A stretch of DNA of 64,000 bases from Pseudohongiellaceae bacterium (lineage in GTDB: Bacteria; Pseudomonadota; Gammaproteobacteria; Pseudomonadales; Pseudohongiellaceae): assembly GCA_040880325.1 (NCBI GenBank), contig JBBDIR010000034.1, forward strand, positions 3,790-67,789, in the 5' to 3' direction. A program made the position numbers and the translations under genes. The notes beneath the pieces were generated by a model that was not told the DNA's origin, searched no databases, and was given only the letters and a program-made list of their open reading frames with translations. Positions 37,008 through 47,123 of this stretch are shown in pieces (position 1 is the first letter of the stretch; every line of letters begins with the position of its first letter).

Positions 37008-39686
37008 TTATTCTCTCATCTCGACGCACTCGGCTGCGCGCTGTTCGTTCTCGCTCATGAAGCGGAACAGCGTGGCGCCGATAGATTGGGGATCACTGAT
37101 CGCGGCAGATAGAATCTGTAAACCGCGTGCGCTACACACACCGGAAAACAAATCACGCCCGTAACTCTGTTGAAAGTAATTATCGCGCTCGGCTGCCAGT
37201 GCGCTAAGCTCATTGCTAAGTTGCGGCAACAGGCTCAGCTGTAGGTCTTCCTGTCCGGTAGGAAAAATCGATCCCATCGCGGCACGCAGATTGGACAGCG
37301 GCAGGGGGTTCGCAGTATCGAGGATACGCTCTAGCCATTGTTGCTTGATTTCGATATCGGGTAGTCCCGCCTCCGCGGCAATCGCGGCTCTCCTGCCCGC
37401 GTCCGATTGGTCGCGCGCGCGCTCCGCTGCTAATAATTGCAGAGCATTATCATGGCCTCTTGCGGTGAAGCGTTGCACAATATTCCAGCGCTGATTCTGG
37501 CCGAGGCTCAGTCCTTGAATAGCAATGCTACCGTCTAACAGGCCGGCCAGATTTTCCAACGCCTCGTCGCTGCGGGCAAGACTCACGTAGGCGGACAGGC
37601 GCAGATTCAACGTGCTCTCGGATTGCCCTGCGCCAGTCTCACTTACTCCTTCGCCGATCAACTGCCATAACTGCCGTTCGGCCAAGAGTCCGAATTCGGC
37701 GAGATCTTCGGCGTAATTTTCGCCGAGTCGCTCCAATAAATTCAGATTATTCACCAACTCATCCATAAGCTGCCGAATGAGTCTATCGTTGGTTTCAAGT
37801 GGTAGAGAGTTGATCAAGGTGGACAGCAAGGTCGCATTGTCCATCAGACTATTATCTGGCGCGTCGAACAAAGCAGTCCAGATCATGGATCGTATCAGGG
37901 GATCGCTAATTCGCTCTATCGCACCACCCGCAAGAACAGTATCCATACTGGCCCCGTCGAGGTTCATCTCAAGGTAGCCCCATCCCGCGTAATTAGGCAG
38001 GGCCAGGTCAGGACACGCCAAACCAACGGCATCGGGTACCTGCGTCTGGGCGCCGCGAACCACCACAGGCAGGGCGGAATTCAATTGGATTGCCCCATTA
38101 TCCGCCGTGTTAAAAAGCCCTAGCTGAATACGCTGATCGCGCAATGTTGGATGGGCGGCAGCTGCTGTCTGCAATATGGCAAAGCGGTCAATTCTATCGT
38201 CGTCGCAGCTAAAGCGAACCTCAATGGTATTGACTCCCGCCTGATACATCCAGTCTTGTGCCCAAGGTTCCAGATCGATGCCCGATTGTTGCGAGAGTGA
38301 GGCGATGAAATCGTCGAGTTCGGTACTCTCCCAGGAATATTGTTTTAGATAGCTCGATACCCCCAGGCGAAAGTCCTCGAGTCCAATGTAGTGGGACAAT
38401 TGGTTTAAAACAGAGGCGCCCTTGTCGTAAGTGATCGCATCGAAGACATTGAAGAAATCGTTGGTGCTCGCAACCGGTACTTCGATTGGGTGTGTAGACA
38501 CGAGATTATCGGCGGCGATCGCTGTCAGGTTCTCCGACAGATAGAAGTCATGCCAGAGATCATCGAACTCGGTGGCTTCGGAAACGGCGATAGCAGACAT
38601 CAGTGTCGCGAAGCTCTCATTCAGCCAAAGGCCATTCCACCAATTCATGGTGACCAGGTCACCGAACCACATATGTGCCATCTCGTGCAGAATGGTTCCG
38701 GCGCGACGCTGACTGCTAAAGCGATTGGATGCGCCGCGATCGACATAGCTCTCTGAAAAAGTAACGGCCGCCACATTCTCCATGGCGCCGATCAAGAAAT
38801 CGGGAACGATTAGCTGATCGTACTTCGCAAAGGGGTAGGGAATATCAAAATAGTCGCGGTAGTGAGCGAGCCCAGACTTCGTGTACGCCATCCATTCATC
38901 GACGGCTACGTAGTCAGTCAGAGACTGTCGGGCCATTAAGCGGATTGGTACATCGCCCGCCATGTCTTCCCATATCTGATAGGGGCCAGCATGCAGGGAA
39001 AAGATATAGCTGGAGAATTTCTCCGACTGCGGGAACCGCCAGATGTTAGTGTCGCCATCGGGCGTGACCGATTCCTCGGTGGTGGAGGAAACAACCTGCC
39101 AGTCAGAATCGGCCCGCACGGTAAGCTCAAAGGTCGCCTTCAGGTTCGGCTGATCGAAATTTGGGAACAGGCGGTTGGAGTAGTAAGGCCAAAGGTAAGT
39201 ATAGAGATAGGTTCGATCGTCTTCTGGGTCGACGAATCGGTGCAGGCCGGTGCCATCCTGATCATAGGGATGGGAGTAGTCGATGCTGACCTCATTCGGC
39301 CCGGTGATTAATGCAGATCGTGGCAGGGTAATGAAGTAGCCATTGTAATCTGGTTCAACCGTCTCACCATTGACAAGCAATCTGTCCACGCTGCCGCCGG
39401 TGAAATCTATCTCCAGTGGAGCGTCGTTATCCGTCAACTCGAAACGTGAGGAAACATTGCCCTGATAGGAATCGGCGAGGCCAACCAGATCGATATCCAT
39501 CACATAGGAGATATTGGAGACGCGTGCCTTTCGCGCAATAGCCTGAGCCTGACTCAGTTGGTCGAGCGCGGGGCGTGGCTGTTGGCTCCCTGCACTCATA
39601 GCCCCTGGGGCGGGCACAGTTTGTTGTTCGCTACAGCCAACCAGAATAAGAATAGCGAAGAAAGAGAACGTGGTGATTCGGCGCAT
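37008..39686 (-). CDS. pepN: aminopeptidase N (M1 family), lipoprotein
   Basis: GAMEN and HEMAHMWFGDLVTMNWWNGLWLNESFA motifs. Lipobox LVGC. 892 aa. Confidence 0.9.
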   Translation of the reverse strand: MRRITTFSFFAILILVGCSEQQTVPAPGAMSAGSQQPRPALDQLSQAQAIARKARVSNISYVMDIDLVGLADSYQGNVSSRFELTDNDAPLEIDFTGGSVDRLLVNGETVEPDYNGYFITLPRSALITGPNEVSIDYSHPYDQDGTGLHRFVDPEDDRTYLYTYLWPYYSNRLFPNFDQPNLKATFELTVRADSDWQVVSSTTEESVTPDGDTNIWRFPQSEKFSSYIFSLHAGPYQIWEDMAGDVPIRLMARQSLTDYVAVDEWMAYTKSGLAHYRDYFDIPYPFAKYDQLIVPDFLIGAMENVAAVTFSESYVDRGASNRFSSQRRAGTILHEMAHMWFGDLVTMNWWNGLWLNESFATLMSAIAVSEATEFDDLWHDFYLSENLTAIAADNLVSTHPIEVPVASTNDFFNVFDAITYDKGASVLNQLSHYIGLEDFRLGVSSYLKQYSWESTELDDFIASLSQQSGIDLEPWAQDWMYQAGVNTIEVRFSCDDDRIDRFAILQTAAAAHPTLRDQRIQLGLFNTADNGAIQLNSALPVVVRGAQTQVPDAVGLACPDLALPNYAGWGYLEMNLDGASMDTVLAGGAIERISDPLIRSMIWTALFDAPDNSLMDNATLLSTLINSLPLETNDRLIRQLMDELVNNLNLLERLGENYAEDLAEFGLLAERQLWQLIGEGVSETGAGQSESTLNLRLSAYVSLARSDEALENLAGLLDGSIAIQGLSLGQNQRWNIVQRFTARGHDNALQLLAAERARDQSDAGRRAAIAAEAGLPDIEIKQQWLERILDTANPLPLSNLRAAMGSIFPTGQEDLQLSLLPQLSNELSALAAERDNYFQQSYGRDLFSGVCSARGLQILSAAISDPQSIGATLFRFMSENEQRAAECVEMRE

Positions 39687-39854
39687 TGAAGAATCCTTGC
39701 CAGCAAATGAGGACGACGAAATTGGATCGGAGCCAAGTCATGTTAACGGAGGAGATCGACAACTACTAGCTTGAGAGTCTTCGAGGATGGGGCTGAAGCG
39801 GGTTGCTCACAGCGAGCTATGAGCAACCCAATCGAGCAGGAATACAGTTGAAAC

Positions 39855-41210
39855 TCAGATGCCGTAAGGGTCGAGTATCGACTGATACAGCAGGCGTCTC
39901 GAAGTCGAACGGACATTCGGCAGTTGGTTACCGAACTGTTGGATCATGCCGACGAAGACCAGATTCTCAACTGGGTCGATCCAGAACCAGGTGCCAGCAG
40001 CGCCGCCCCAATAAAATTCACCCTTGGAGTAAGACTCGGCTTCTACCGGGTCTTCGATTACCGCGAAGTCCAATCCGAAGGAGGTACCCTGCGCGCCAAG
40101 CACGCTGCCTTCCATGTTCTTTGGTGTCTGATCGCGATGCATCAGGTCTACCGTAAGAGGCGCCAGAATTCTGACTCCGTCCAGTTCACCGCCGTTTAAT
40201 ACCATCTGGCTAAAACGCATATAGTCCATGGCCGTAGACACCAAGCCGCCGCCGCCTGATTCGAACACCGGGTCGACCAGAAAGTTGGCATCGGCGAAGC
40301 CTTCACCCGCTTCTAGCTTGCCCGCATCGTCGTAGCCATAGACCTGTGCGAAGCGCGATACTTTTTCTTGTGGTACATGAAAATCTGTATCGGTCATTCC
40401 AAGGGGGTCGAAGATGCGCTCCTCGAGGAAGCTGCCGAAAGACTGCCCCGCTAGCTTTTCAACCAGATAGCCCTGCACATCTACCGACACGCTGTATTCC
40501 CAGGTTGAGCCCGGCTGATGCTTCAGAGGAATCTTTCCAAGTTTGGTAGTGAACTCCTCTAAGGTGTCATTACTGTCCAGCAAGCCTGCCTCGACATATT
40601 TTGTGTCCACGGGGGATTGTGCAAAGATACCGTAGGAGAGGCCGCCGGTGTGACTCATCAATTCGCGAATCGTCATCTTGTGATTCTGTGGCTCGGTGAT
40701 GATGTTACCGCTGTCGTCGGTACCGGCATAAACCTGTAAGTCTTTAAGCTCGGGCAGGTATTTCTCAACTGGATCGGCGAGCCGAAATTTACCTTCTTCA
40801 TACAGAATCATCAGAGCCACGCCGGTTATCGGCTTGCTCATCGAGTAAATTCGAAAGAGGGCGTCGTTGCTCATAGCGGACTGGGATTCGAGATCACGAT
40901 AGCCGACCGATTCGAAGTGTACGATCTTATTGTCGCGCGCGGCCATGGTTACGACACCGGCGAGGAGCCCTTCGTCGACATAGCCCTGCATAGCCTGGGT
41001 AATTCTTTCGAGGCGAGCTGAATCCATGCCTACGGACTCCGGCGCCGCCATTTCTAATGCCGTGCTGGATGCTGTAGGTGCCGTTATTGGAACAACGACA
41101 GATACGGTCTCGGTTGCTGGCGCGCAGGCTGTAATCAGGGCGAAACAGAGTCCGCTCAAGCTCAGCTGCAGCCAGTTTTTATTCGCTTTCGCATTCTGGA
41201 TTGTGTACAT
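39855..41210 (-). CDS. serine hydrolase (beta-lactamase/class C-like family), lipoprotein
   Basis: SxxK motif YSMSKPITG, lipobox LITAC. 451 aa. Confidence 0.8.
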   Translation of the reverse strand: MYTIQNAKANKNWLQLSLSGLCFALITACAPATETVSVVVPITAPTASSTALEMAAPESVGMDSARLERITQAMQGYVDEGLLAGVVTMAARDNKIVHFESVGYRDLESQSAMSNDALFRIYSMSKPITGVALMILYEEGKFRLADPVEKYLPELKDLQVYAGTDDSGNIITEPQNHKMTIRELMSHTGGLSYGIFAQSPVDTKYVEAGLLDSNDTLEEFTTKLGKIPLKHQPGSTWEYSVSVDVQGYLVEKLAGQSFGSFLEERIFDPLGMTDTDFHVPQEKVSRFAQVYGYDDAGKLEAGEGFADANFLVDPVFESGGGGLVSTAMDYMRFSQMVLNGGELDGVRILAPLTVDLMHRDQTPKNMEGSVLGAQGTSFGLDFAVIEDPVEAESYSKGEFYWGGAAGTWFWIDPVENLVFVGMIQQFGNQLPNVRSTSRRLLYQSILDPYGI

Positions 41211-41411
41211 CAGTCTCTCCTGGTATAGCTTTCCAGCTACTTAAAGCTGAGAGCACACTCTTGAAGTGTCTCTCAGGGCCTTGCTTGTGCCGGGCCGATT
41301 GTCAGCTTAGAACAATGGGGCACGGGAAAACAAGGGCTTTGGGTATATGCCACCGGTGGTGGTATTCTTTCCATTGTTAGATATACCACAGACGAATGAG
41401 CGGTAAGAACC

Positions 41412-42269
41412 ATGAGACTGAATTACGGCAACAAGCTAGCCGGCATGTTTTCACTAATAACCTTGGTAGCGACTCTATTGCTGCCGTTCTCTCTGTCTGC
41501 TCAAAATATAGCAATCTCCCACTGTCAGGGCGCCTGCCCCGCCTATACATCCGCTCTGGCCGCCACTCGTGCGAATGTGGTTGTCCACAATCTCTACGCT
41601 GCCGGGCTCAATGGCGACTCTGGCAAGGCAGACTGGGTTGCCTACCGATTGACTGCAGAGGCGATCGGCGTCGCCTCTCTGCTGCCGCGTTTCTGGCAGC
41701 CCGATGAATTGGTGCGCCTTACCGGTATCGAAGAACTCGCAGAAGCCGAGGCGCTGGGGTTCTCACTTGCCGAGATTAGCAGTGATAGTAATCCCTATGG
41801 TGGCTTCAATGAGCCAGTCCGCGGGAGTGAAGAACGGGTCAGATTGGTGCCGATGACGAGCTTTGCGAATACGCCCTATTGGCGTGAACTGAATAATCTC
41901 AGCAATATGGTAACCATGCCCACAGCTGTGCGTCGTGGCGCCTGGCTGCAACTCGAACAGACATTGAATCGTATCGTGACGGCCGAGACCGCACTGCGCA
42001 TAATAAGCGGGCCTCTTTATCTTATTAGCGAACCGTTAAATACCTCAGTAGATGCGGCTAAACTGAACCCCGCTGCGTATTTCAAGGTTGTGATTGCAGA
42101 CAGTGGTATCGCCGCCTTCGTCTTCCCCGAAGAGCTTGCTCAGACAGATCGTTTCTGCGATTTTCAAGCTGACCTGAAGCAGGTTGAATCGATGAGCAGT
42201 CTTGATCTTTTCCCCAAGAGTGACCCGAAACGCTCTTCCCGTCTCTTGCAGCAACTCGGCTGCTCCTAG
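41412..42269 (+). CDS. exported DNA/RNA non-specific endonuclease (NucA-like) homologue with DRGH replaced by ERVR
   Basis: DWVAYRL, LSNMV.MP and RRGAWLQLEQ blocks parallel Serratia NucA. At the position of the catalytic DRGH motif the sequence reads ERVRLVP. Confidence 0.55.
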   Translation: MRLNYGNKLAGMFSLITLVATLLLPFSLSAQNIAISHCQGACPAYTSALAATRANVVVHNLYAAGLNGDSGKADWVAYRLTAEAIGVASLLPRFWQPDELVRLTGIEELAEAEALGFSLAEISSDSNPYGGFNEPVRGSEERVRLVPMTSFANTPYWRELNNLSNMVTMPTAVRRGAWLQLEQTLNRIVTAETALRIISGPLYLISEPLNTSVDAAKLNPAAYFKVVIADSGIAAFVFPEELAQTDRFCDFQADLKQVESMSSLDLFPKSDPKRSSRLLQQLGCS

Positions 42270-42450
42270 GCCACTACTGGCCACTAGTGCGGGAAAGCGC
42301 AGGCCTGAATCGCTGGACTGGATCTGAAGCCGCGATACTTGGGGCTTAGCCGCTATAGACTGCATTGCACCGCTTATAAATTGTGCTGCAATGGAATGGT
42401 GAATAAGCTACCTTTCAACTATTGAGAATACGATATTCACGGAGCTATAC

Positions 42451-43476
42451 ATGAACACAACAAGAAAATCGATCAAGGCTCTTGCAACACTCGCCACAGC
42501 TTTTACATTCTCCGCCTCGATTTTTGCGGCGGATGACTATGTCGTTCCGCGCACAGAGTGGGGCCAGCCAGACCTGCAGGGAGTATGGAATTTCTCTTCC
42601 AACACGCCTATGGAACGGCCTTCACGCTATGGCGAGCGGCAGTTTCTGACAGCAGAAGAAGTCCGAGCCATGGCCGCGCAGCGCGCGGCCAGGGATGCCT
42701 CTACCGACGGCGCGCTAGCCATTGAAGGTGTTGACGGCTCCTATAACGATTTCTGGGTCGAGAACGCTGGCATTGGCGGCGACGTGCGAACCTCTCACAT
42801 TGTCTATCCCGCCGACGGGCAGCTTCCAGCGTTAGTAGAGGGCGCAATTGCTAGTCAGGGCGTCTATGGCGGAGAAACTACTGGCGAATCGCGTCCGGTG
42901 CGTATTTCGGCCGGTGGCATTGGTACCGATGGCCCTGAAGATCGCGGGCTCTCGGAACGCTGCCTCATCGGATTTAATGCAGGCCCTCCTTTCGTGCCCA
43001 GTCTATACAACAATAATGTGCAGATTTTTCAGAGCAAGGACAGCGCGGTAATATTGACAGAGATGATTCACGATGCGCGGGTAGTTCCTCTTCTCGAATC
43101 TCCAGCTGAGGTCGGTTCCTTAGATGACAAGGTGCGCCTGTGGATGGGTGATTCTCGCGGCTACTGGGATGGCGAGACCTTGGTCGTCGAAACGCGCAAC
43201 TTCAATGGTTTGTCTTCAAGTTTCGGTGCGGCAGGAACTTCAAAGGATAAAGTATTAACCGAGCGTTTCACCCGCGTTGGGCCCTATACAGTGAACTATG
43301 AATTCACGGTCGATGATCCTTCGACCTATACGGATAAATTTACCGCCGTCGTGCCGATGACCAAAGTTGCAGGTCTACTTTATGAATATGCCTGCCATGA
43401 AGGTAATTACGGAATGGTGAACATTCTGCGCGGAGCGAGAGTTCAAGACGCGCTGGCAGAATCCGAAGCTCAGTAA
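42451..43476 (+). CDS. exported protein of an unassigned family, paralogue 2 of 3
   Basis: Signal peptide is present. Family blocks: EWGQPDLQGVWNF, GPEDRGLSERCL, YNNNVQIF, WMGDSRGYWDGETLVVETRNF and YEYACHEGNYGM. Confidence 0.8.
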   Translation: MNTTRKSIKALATLATAFTFSASIFAADDYVVPRTEWGQPDLQGVWNFSSNTPMERPSRYGERQFLTAEEVRAMAAQRAARDASTDGALAIEGVDGSYNDFWVENAGIGGDVRTSHIVYPADGQLPALVEGAIASQGVYGGETTGESRPVRISAGGIGTDGPEDRGLSERCLIGFNAGPPFVPSLYNNNVQIFQSKDSAVILTEMIHDARVVPLLESPAEVGSLDDKVRLWMGDSRGYWDGETLVVETRNFNGLSSSFGAAGTSKDKVLTERFTRVGPYTVNYEFTVDDPSTYTDKFTAVVPMTKVAGLLYEYACHEGNYGMVNILRGARVQDALAESEAQ

Positions 43477-43572
43477 ATTCTGCAAAGACGAACATCGGGG
43501 CTGGGGTGCTTGCTACTTCCGCCTCATTCTTGTCTTCGAAGCTAGATTTTTAAGCCGCAAGTAGAGGGTGTT

Positions 43573-44091
43573 ATGAAATACATAAAAAGATCAATCATCG
43601 TTGTATTGTGCCTATTGCTAATCCCCATCGCGGCCGTTGCCACGGCTGCTGCTAAACAACGATTCGAAGATGGCCCCAATCGAGTTTTCTCTGGTGGCCC
43701 TCTGGTTGCCGGTGAGTTGCATACCGGGCCGGATCCCGATTGGAGTTTCGTGAATGAAATACCAACTATAGAGATGCAGTTGTTAGACCCAGCGCAGTCG
43801 CGACGTATCTGGATAGCCGAGTTTGAGAACAAGATCTATGTTTGGTCGGGCTATATGGGGAATCCGATTGGTCGGCTGTGGAAACAGTGGCCTCTACAAG
43901 CAGAGCGAGATGGCCGAGCTGTACTGCGTATAGACGGGGTACGTTATGAGCGCCAGTTGCAACGTATTCAGTCAGGCGATGTGCTGGATGGGCTGACCGC
44001 CACAATCACAGCAAAATACCCATCGGCCACGACACGCGCAGCAGTCGAAGCGGGCGATGTATGGGTTTTTGAGGCGGCTCCTGGAAATTAG
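43573..44091 (+). CDS. membrane-anchored or exported hypothetical protein
   Basis: 172-aa ORF with an N-terminal hydrophobic helix. I recognise no family. Confidence 0.55.
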   Translation: MKYIKRSIIVVLCLLLIPIAAVATAAAKQRFEDGPNRVFSGGPLVAGELHTGPDPDWSFVNEIPTIEMQLLDPAQSRRIWIAEFENKIYVWSGYMGNPIGRLWKQWPLQAERDGRAVLRIDGVRYERQLQRIQSGDVLDGLTATITAKYPSATTRAAVEAGDVWVFEAAPGN

Positions 44092-44126
44092 CCTTGCACT
44101 GAAAGAGAAAGGGAAAGGATCGACAC

Positions 44127-44255
44127 ATGAAGAATTTCTATATCTTTATCGCGATAGCCCTCGTAGCCACGGTGCTCGCCGTGCTCTTGGTTCCAGGAGT
44201 AGACGACTACGTAGAGAGAACGTTCCAGATTTATCTAGGTCGCGCCGCGCAGTAG
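44127..44255 (+). CDS. possible 42-aa single-pass membrane peptide
   Basis: The ATG at 44127 is preceded by GGAAAGGA. Sequence is MKNFYIFIAIALVATVLAVLLVPGVDDYVERTFQIYLGRAAQ. A strong terminator follows. The ORF is below the 60-aa cutoff of the ORF track. Confidence 0.3.
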   Translation: MKNFYIFIAIALVATVLAVLLVPGVDDYVERTFQIYLGRAAQ

Positions 44256-44282
44256 AACAAGCGAGGCTTAGGGTTTAGATAC

Positions 44283-44320
44283 AAAAAACGGGTTCAATGC
44301 GTAGATTGAACCCGTTTTTT
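44283..44320. terminator. bidirectional rho-independent terminator
   Basis: AACGGGTTCAAT - 6 nt - ATTGAACCCGTT, flanked by A6 and T6, between convergent genes. Confidence 0.8.
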
Positions 44321-44400
44321 GTAGAATAAAAAAGGCTGAATTCATTAAAACTGGATTAGAATCTTAATGGTTCAGCCAAGGAGAGTTGTTCGTTTGCTGG

Positions 44401-44889
44401 TTAACTCCCTGCAACCAGGTTTGCACTAATCAGGTTGTAATTCATATTGGCGTTGCCATCTTTCTCGTTCAGCAATAGCGCAATCTCGAGACTGGAGTTT
44501 GCGCCAGCGGTGTCGCCAACCATAACTTTGGCAACTGCGAGGTTAGAGTAAATGGCTGCCAGTGCAATATTCTCGCGCTCGACAGTAAGCTCCGAAGAGA
44601 ATTCTGCCTTGTCCAGTGCGGTGCTACAGCTTGCGATGGCTGCATCGAATTCTTCCATAAGAATCTGCGCGACGCAGAGGTTGTTGGCCTCGAAATAATC
44701 CATTCTTTCGATGCGACGCGAGGCGAAAGTAGCCTTTGCTGCCGCGACGTCTTCAGCCAGCAGTGCCTGGAAGCCAACCGTATCGCTGAATGCAGTAAGA
44801 TGATAGTCGGCAAACGCGCTGGTAGTTGCGAATGCAGAAGTTAGTGTAAGTGCGAGTGCTGCGATTTTTGTGCGTGTTAAAGTTTTCAT
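44401..44889 (-). CDS. exported helical-repeat (TPR-like) hypothetical protein
   Basis: Signal peptide is present. Ala-rich helical repeats across 162 aa. Confidence 0.5.
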   Translation of the reverse strand: MKTLTRTKIAALALTLTSAFATTSAFADYHLTAFSDTVGFQALLAEDVAAAKATFASRRIERMDYFEANNLCVAQILMEEFDAAIASCSTALDKAEFSSELTVERENIALAAIYSNLAVAKVMVGDTAGANSSLEIALLLNEKDGNANMNYNLISANLVAGS

Positions 44890-45133
44890 GATTGATCCTT
44901 TGATAAATTAGTAAATAGTTAAGTAATAAGAGTTCCGCTTGTAAAATCTAATAACAGGCTAGCCAGAATTTATTTTGTGCTTAATGGTTTTACTGACATT
45001 CCCGACTCGGGAACTAAAGTTTGTTAAGCCAGCTGTTTCTCGATTTGTGTCTATAGTAGGGATCGGGCATGAAGGTTACAAAGTATGCTTCCTAATGTAA
45101 CAGGTGAATCTAATTCACCTGACTGCAATTGCT

Positions 45134-46012
45134 CTATCTATTAAAGGTTTCTATTAACCAATGCCAGAAAGTTAAGGCAATCCTCTTGTTGCTATTGCCG
45201 TTGAGCACAAGCCAGTAATAGTCTTCTGTTTCCAGATGAGAATTATGCAATGCAACCAATGATCCAGAGTCGAACCAATCCTGACTTACCGGCAAAGGCA
45301 TCAGGGCGATTCCCACGCTCTGTTCGGCAGCTCTCGATAAGGCGAACATGCTGTCGACATAGATTATTTTCTTCGGCTTTAGATCAGCAATACCCGCATT
45401 GGCGGCCCACTGCTCCCAGGCCTTAGGTCTTGCCTTATGAAGTAGTATCGTGGCTTTCTGTATCGCCGCGAGCTCCGTTATGCCTTCGCTCTCCCACTTA
45501 CTTTTTAGCTGCAGGCTACAGGCTGGCACGTAGCGAATGGGAAACAACTTCTCTACTTTGATTGCCTTCGGCGTTTTTCGCGAGAGCACGATATTGATGT
45601 CGGCGGCGGGATTAAGGTCGTCGGTGATTCCCAGGCCTTCTATTTGCAGATCTATATCCGGGTGGGCGTCGGCGAAACCGCTCATGCGTGGCATGAGCAA
45701 TTCGCTGGCGAAGAATTCCGGCATCTGCACCAGTAGGGGATGGCGCGTCTTCGTCTTGCGAATCTTGTCGGTGGCTTCGTCGATCGCTCTCAGGTAGGGG
45801 TTTATCTCTGTGTAGAGCAGAGAGCCGTCCTGAGTCAGGGTGATCGAGCGTGTCAGGCGCTTGAACAGTTTCGTGCCTAGCTGTTCCTCCAGTTCATTTA
45901 TCTGATGACTTACGGCACTGGGTGTCAGGCACAGTTCACTCGCCGCCTTCTTGAAACTAAGAAGCTCGGCTGCCGTACAGAATGTACGTAGGCCTCGATG
46001 TTGAGTTTGCAT
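45134..46012 (-). CDS. LysR-family transcriptional regulator (GcvA-like)
   Basis: The N-terminal wHTH LRTFCTAAELLSFKKAASELCLTPSAVSHQI. Confidence 0.9.
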   Translation of the reverse strand: MQTQHRGLRTFCTAAELLSFKKAASELCLTPSAVSHQINELEEQLGTKLFKRLTRSITLTQDGSLLYTEINPYLRAIDEATDKIRKTKTRHPLLVQMPEFFASELLMPRMSGFADAHPDIDLQIEGLGITDDLNPAADINIVLSRKTPKAIKVEKLFPIRYVPACSLQLKSKWESEGITELAAIQKATILLHKARPKAWEQWAANAGIADLKPKKIIYVDSMFALSRAAEQSVGIALMPLPVSQDWFDSGSLVALHNSHLETEDYYWLVLNGNSNKRIALTFWHWLIETFNR

Positions 46013-46429
46013 GGGGTTCTAATCCTTGTTGAGCTTCAAACTGCGAATGCGCGCGCTCCCAATTCCCTGGTATCTGCACGCAAGAAGCAACTGTCTACTC
46101 TATGAATGTTTAGCAATCAGTGTGCCAATATCTGTTCCTGATGCACTTCGTAACGATTTACTGGCAGAACAGCACCGATTTCGTTAAACAGGAGGCTAAC
46201 AGCTAAAGTTTGCAGAAATTTGAATGCTGGCTCGATAAATAGTGAAAGCGCCGAGACAGCGAGCTGCTGGGGGTATTTGTACGAAACCCGTGCTCGCGCA
46301 CCAGACTAGAGCAGATCAGTTGCTATCGGCACAGTTTCTGTTCATCGTGTCTAGCTATTGCTTTGTGAGATTCTGTTGTAGTCTTCACCCTGAAGACAAG
46401 AAATCTAACGAATCCAGAAATCCAGTCCT

Positions 46430-47083
46430 ATGAACAAGTTCTCAATAGTTCTAATCGGTTGCAGCCTTGCCATTAGCCAATTAGTCAGCTCCGCACAGGC
46501 GCAGTGCGAAAACCTGCCAAGTAGTGAGAGTGATGTTCTCCTTTCTCTGCGCTCGGCGGTGAACGAGAACAATCTGTTGCAGGTCAATTTTGATGAGGGA
46601 GTGTTCTGTCTTGTGGCGCGCGATGCCGTCGATCTGGAACAGCTGGCTAGTTCTGCTGTCCATGTGAACCCTGATCTGGACGAGATAGCCGTCCAATCGG
46701 CTGTTGACGGTTTCGAGACCTGGCTACGTATCGATAGCAAATATGAGGATGCTCTCGTTCTGGATCGGAAAACCAGCGAAGATTTAGGCCTCACCGACGC
46801 CGAATTCCTTGGCGATAATTCCCTGCTCGAGGCGTCGAATTTCTTCATCGAGTATGTTGCTTCCCTCGAGATTGGTGATTACCAGCTGCGAGACATTGAG
46901 GCTAATATTCCGCATCTGAAAGTTCCTTACGATCAATACCAAGGTAGGGGGCCGAAGCCGGCATTATCTGATCCCGAAGCAGAACATCTAACTGTGGGCA
47001 CAATCGGAGAGGCCGTGCTGGAAGACTTGATTATCACATTGGACTTCACTAACAATAGAATCTATATGACAGCCGCTAGATAA
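46430..47083 (+). CDS. exported hypothetical protein
   Basis: Signal peptide MNKFSIVLIGCSLAISQLVSSAQA. 217 aa, acidic. Confidence 0.55.
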   Translation: MNKFSIVLIGCSLAISQLVSSAQAQCENLPSSESDVLLSLRSAVNENNLLQVNFDEGVFCLVARDAVDLEQLASSAVHVNPDLDEIAVQSAVDGFETWLRIDSKYEDALVLDRKTSEDLGLTDAEFLGDNSLLEASNFFIEYVASLEIGDYQLRDIEANIPHLKVPYDQYQGRGPKPALSDPEAEHLTVGTIGEAVLEDLIITLDFTNNRIYMTAAR

Positions 47084-47123
47084 AAGGTATTCTGTCGCTC
47101 GAAAACCGTTCACTGGAAATTTT

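Noticed and set aside
46405-46848. 147-aa ORF antisense to the exported protein gene 46430..47083
   Set aside because: The + strand ORF has a clean signal peptide and acidic globular composition. The - strand ORF is Ser/Arg-rich.
46430-47083. Retropepsin-like aspartyl protease resemblance (C-terminal GTIGEAVLEDLIITLDFTNNRIYM)
   Set aside because: Only the C-terminal strand pattern is reminiscent. No D(T/S)G catalytic motif is present (the closest is LDRKTS), and the evidence is too thin to call.
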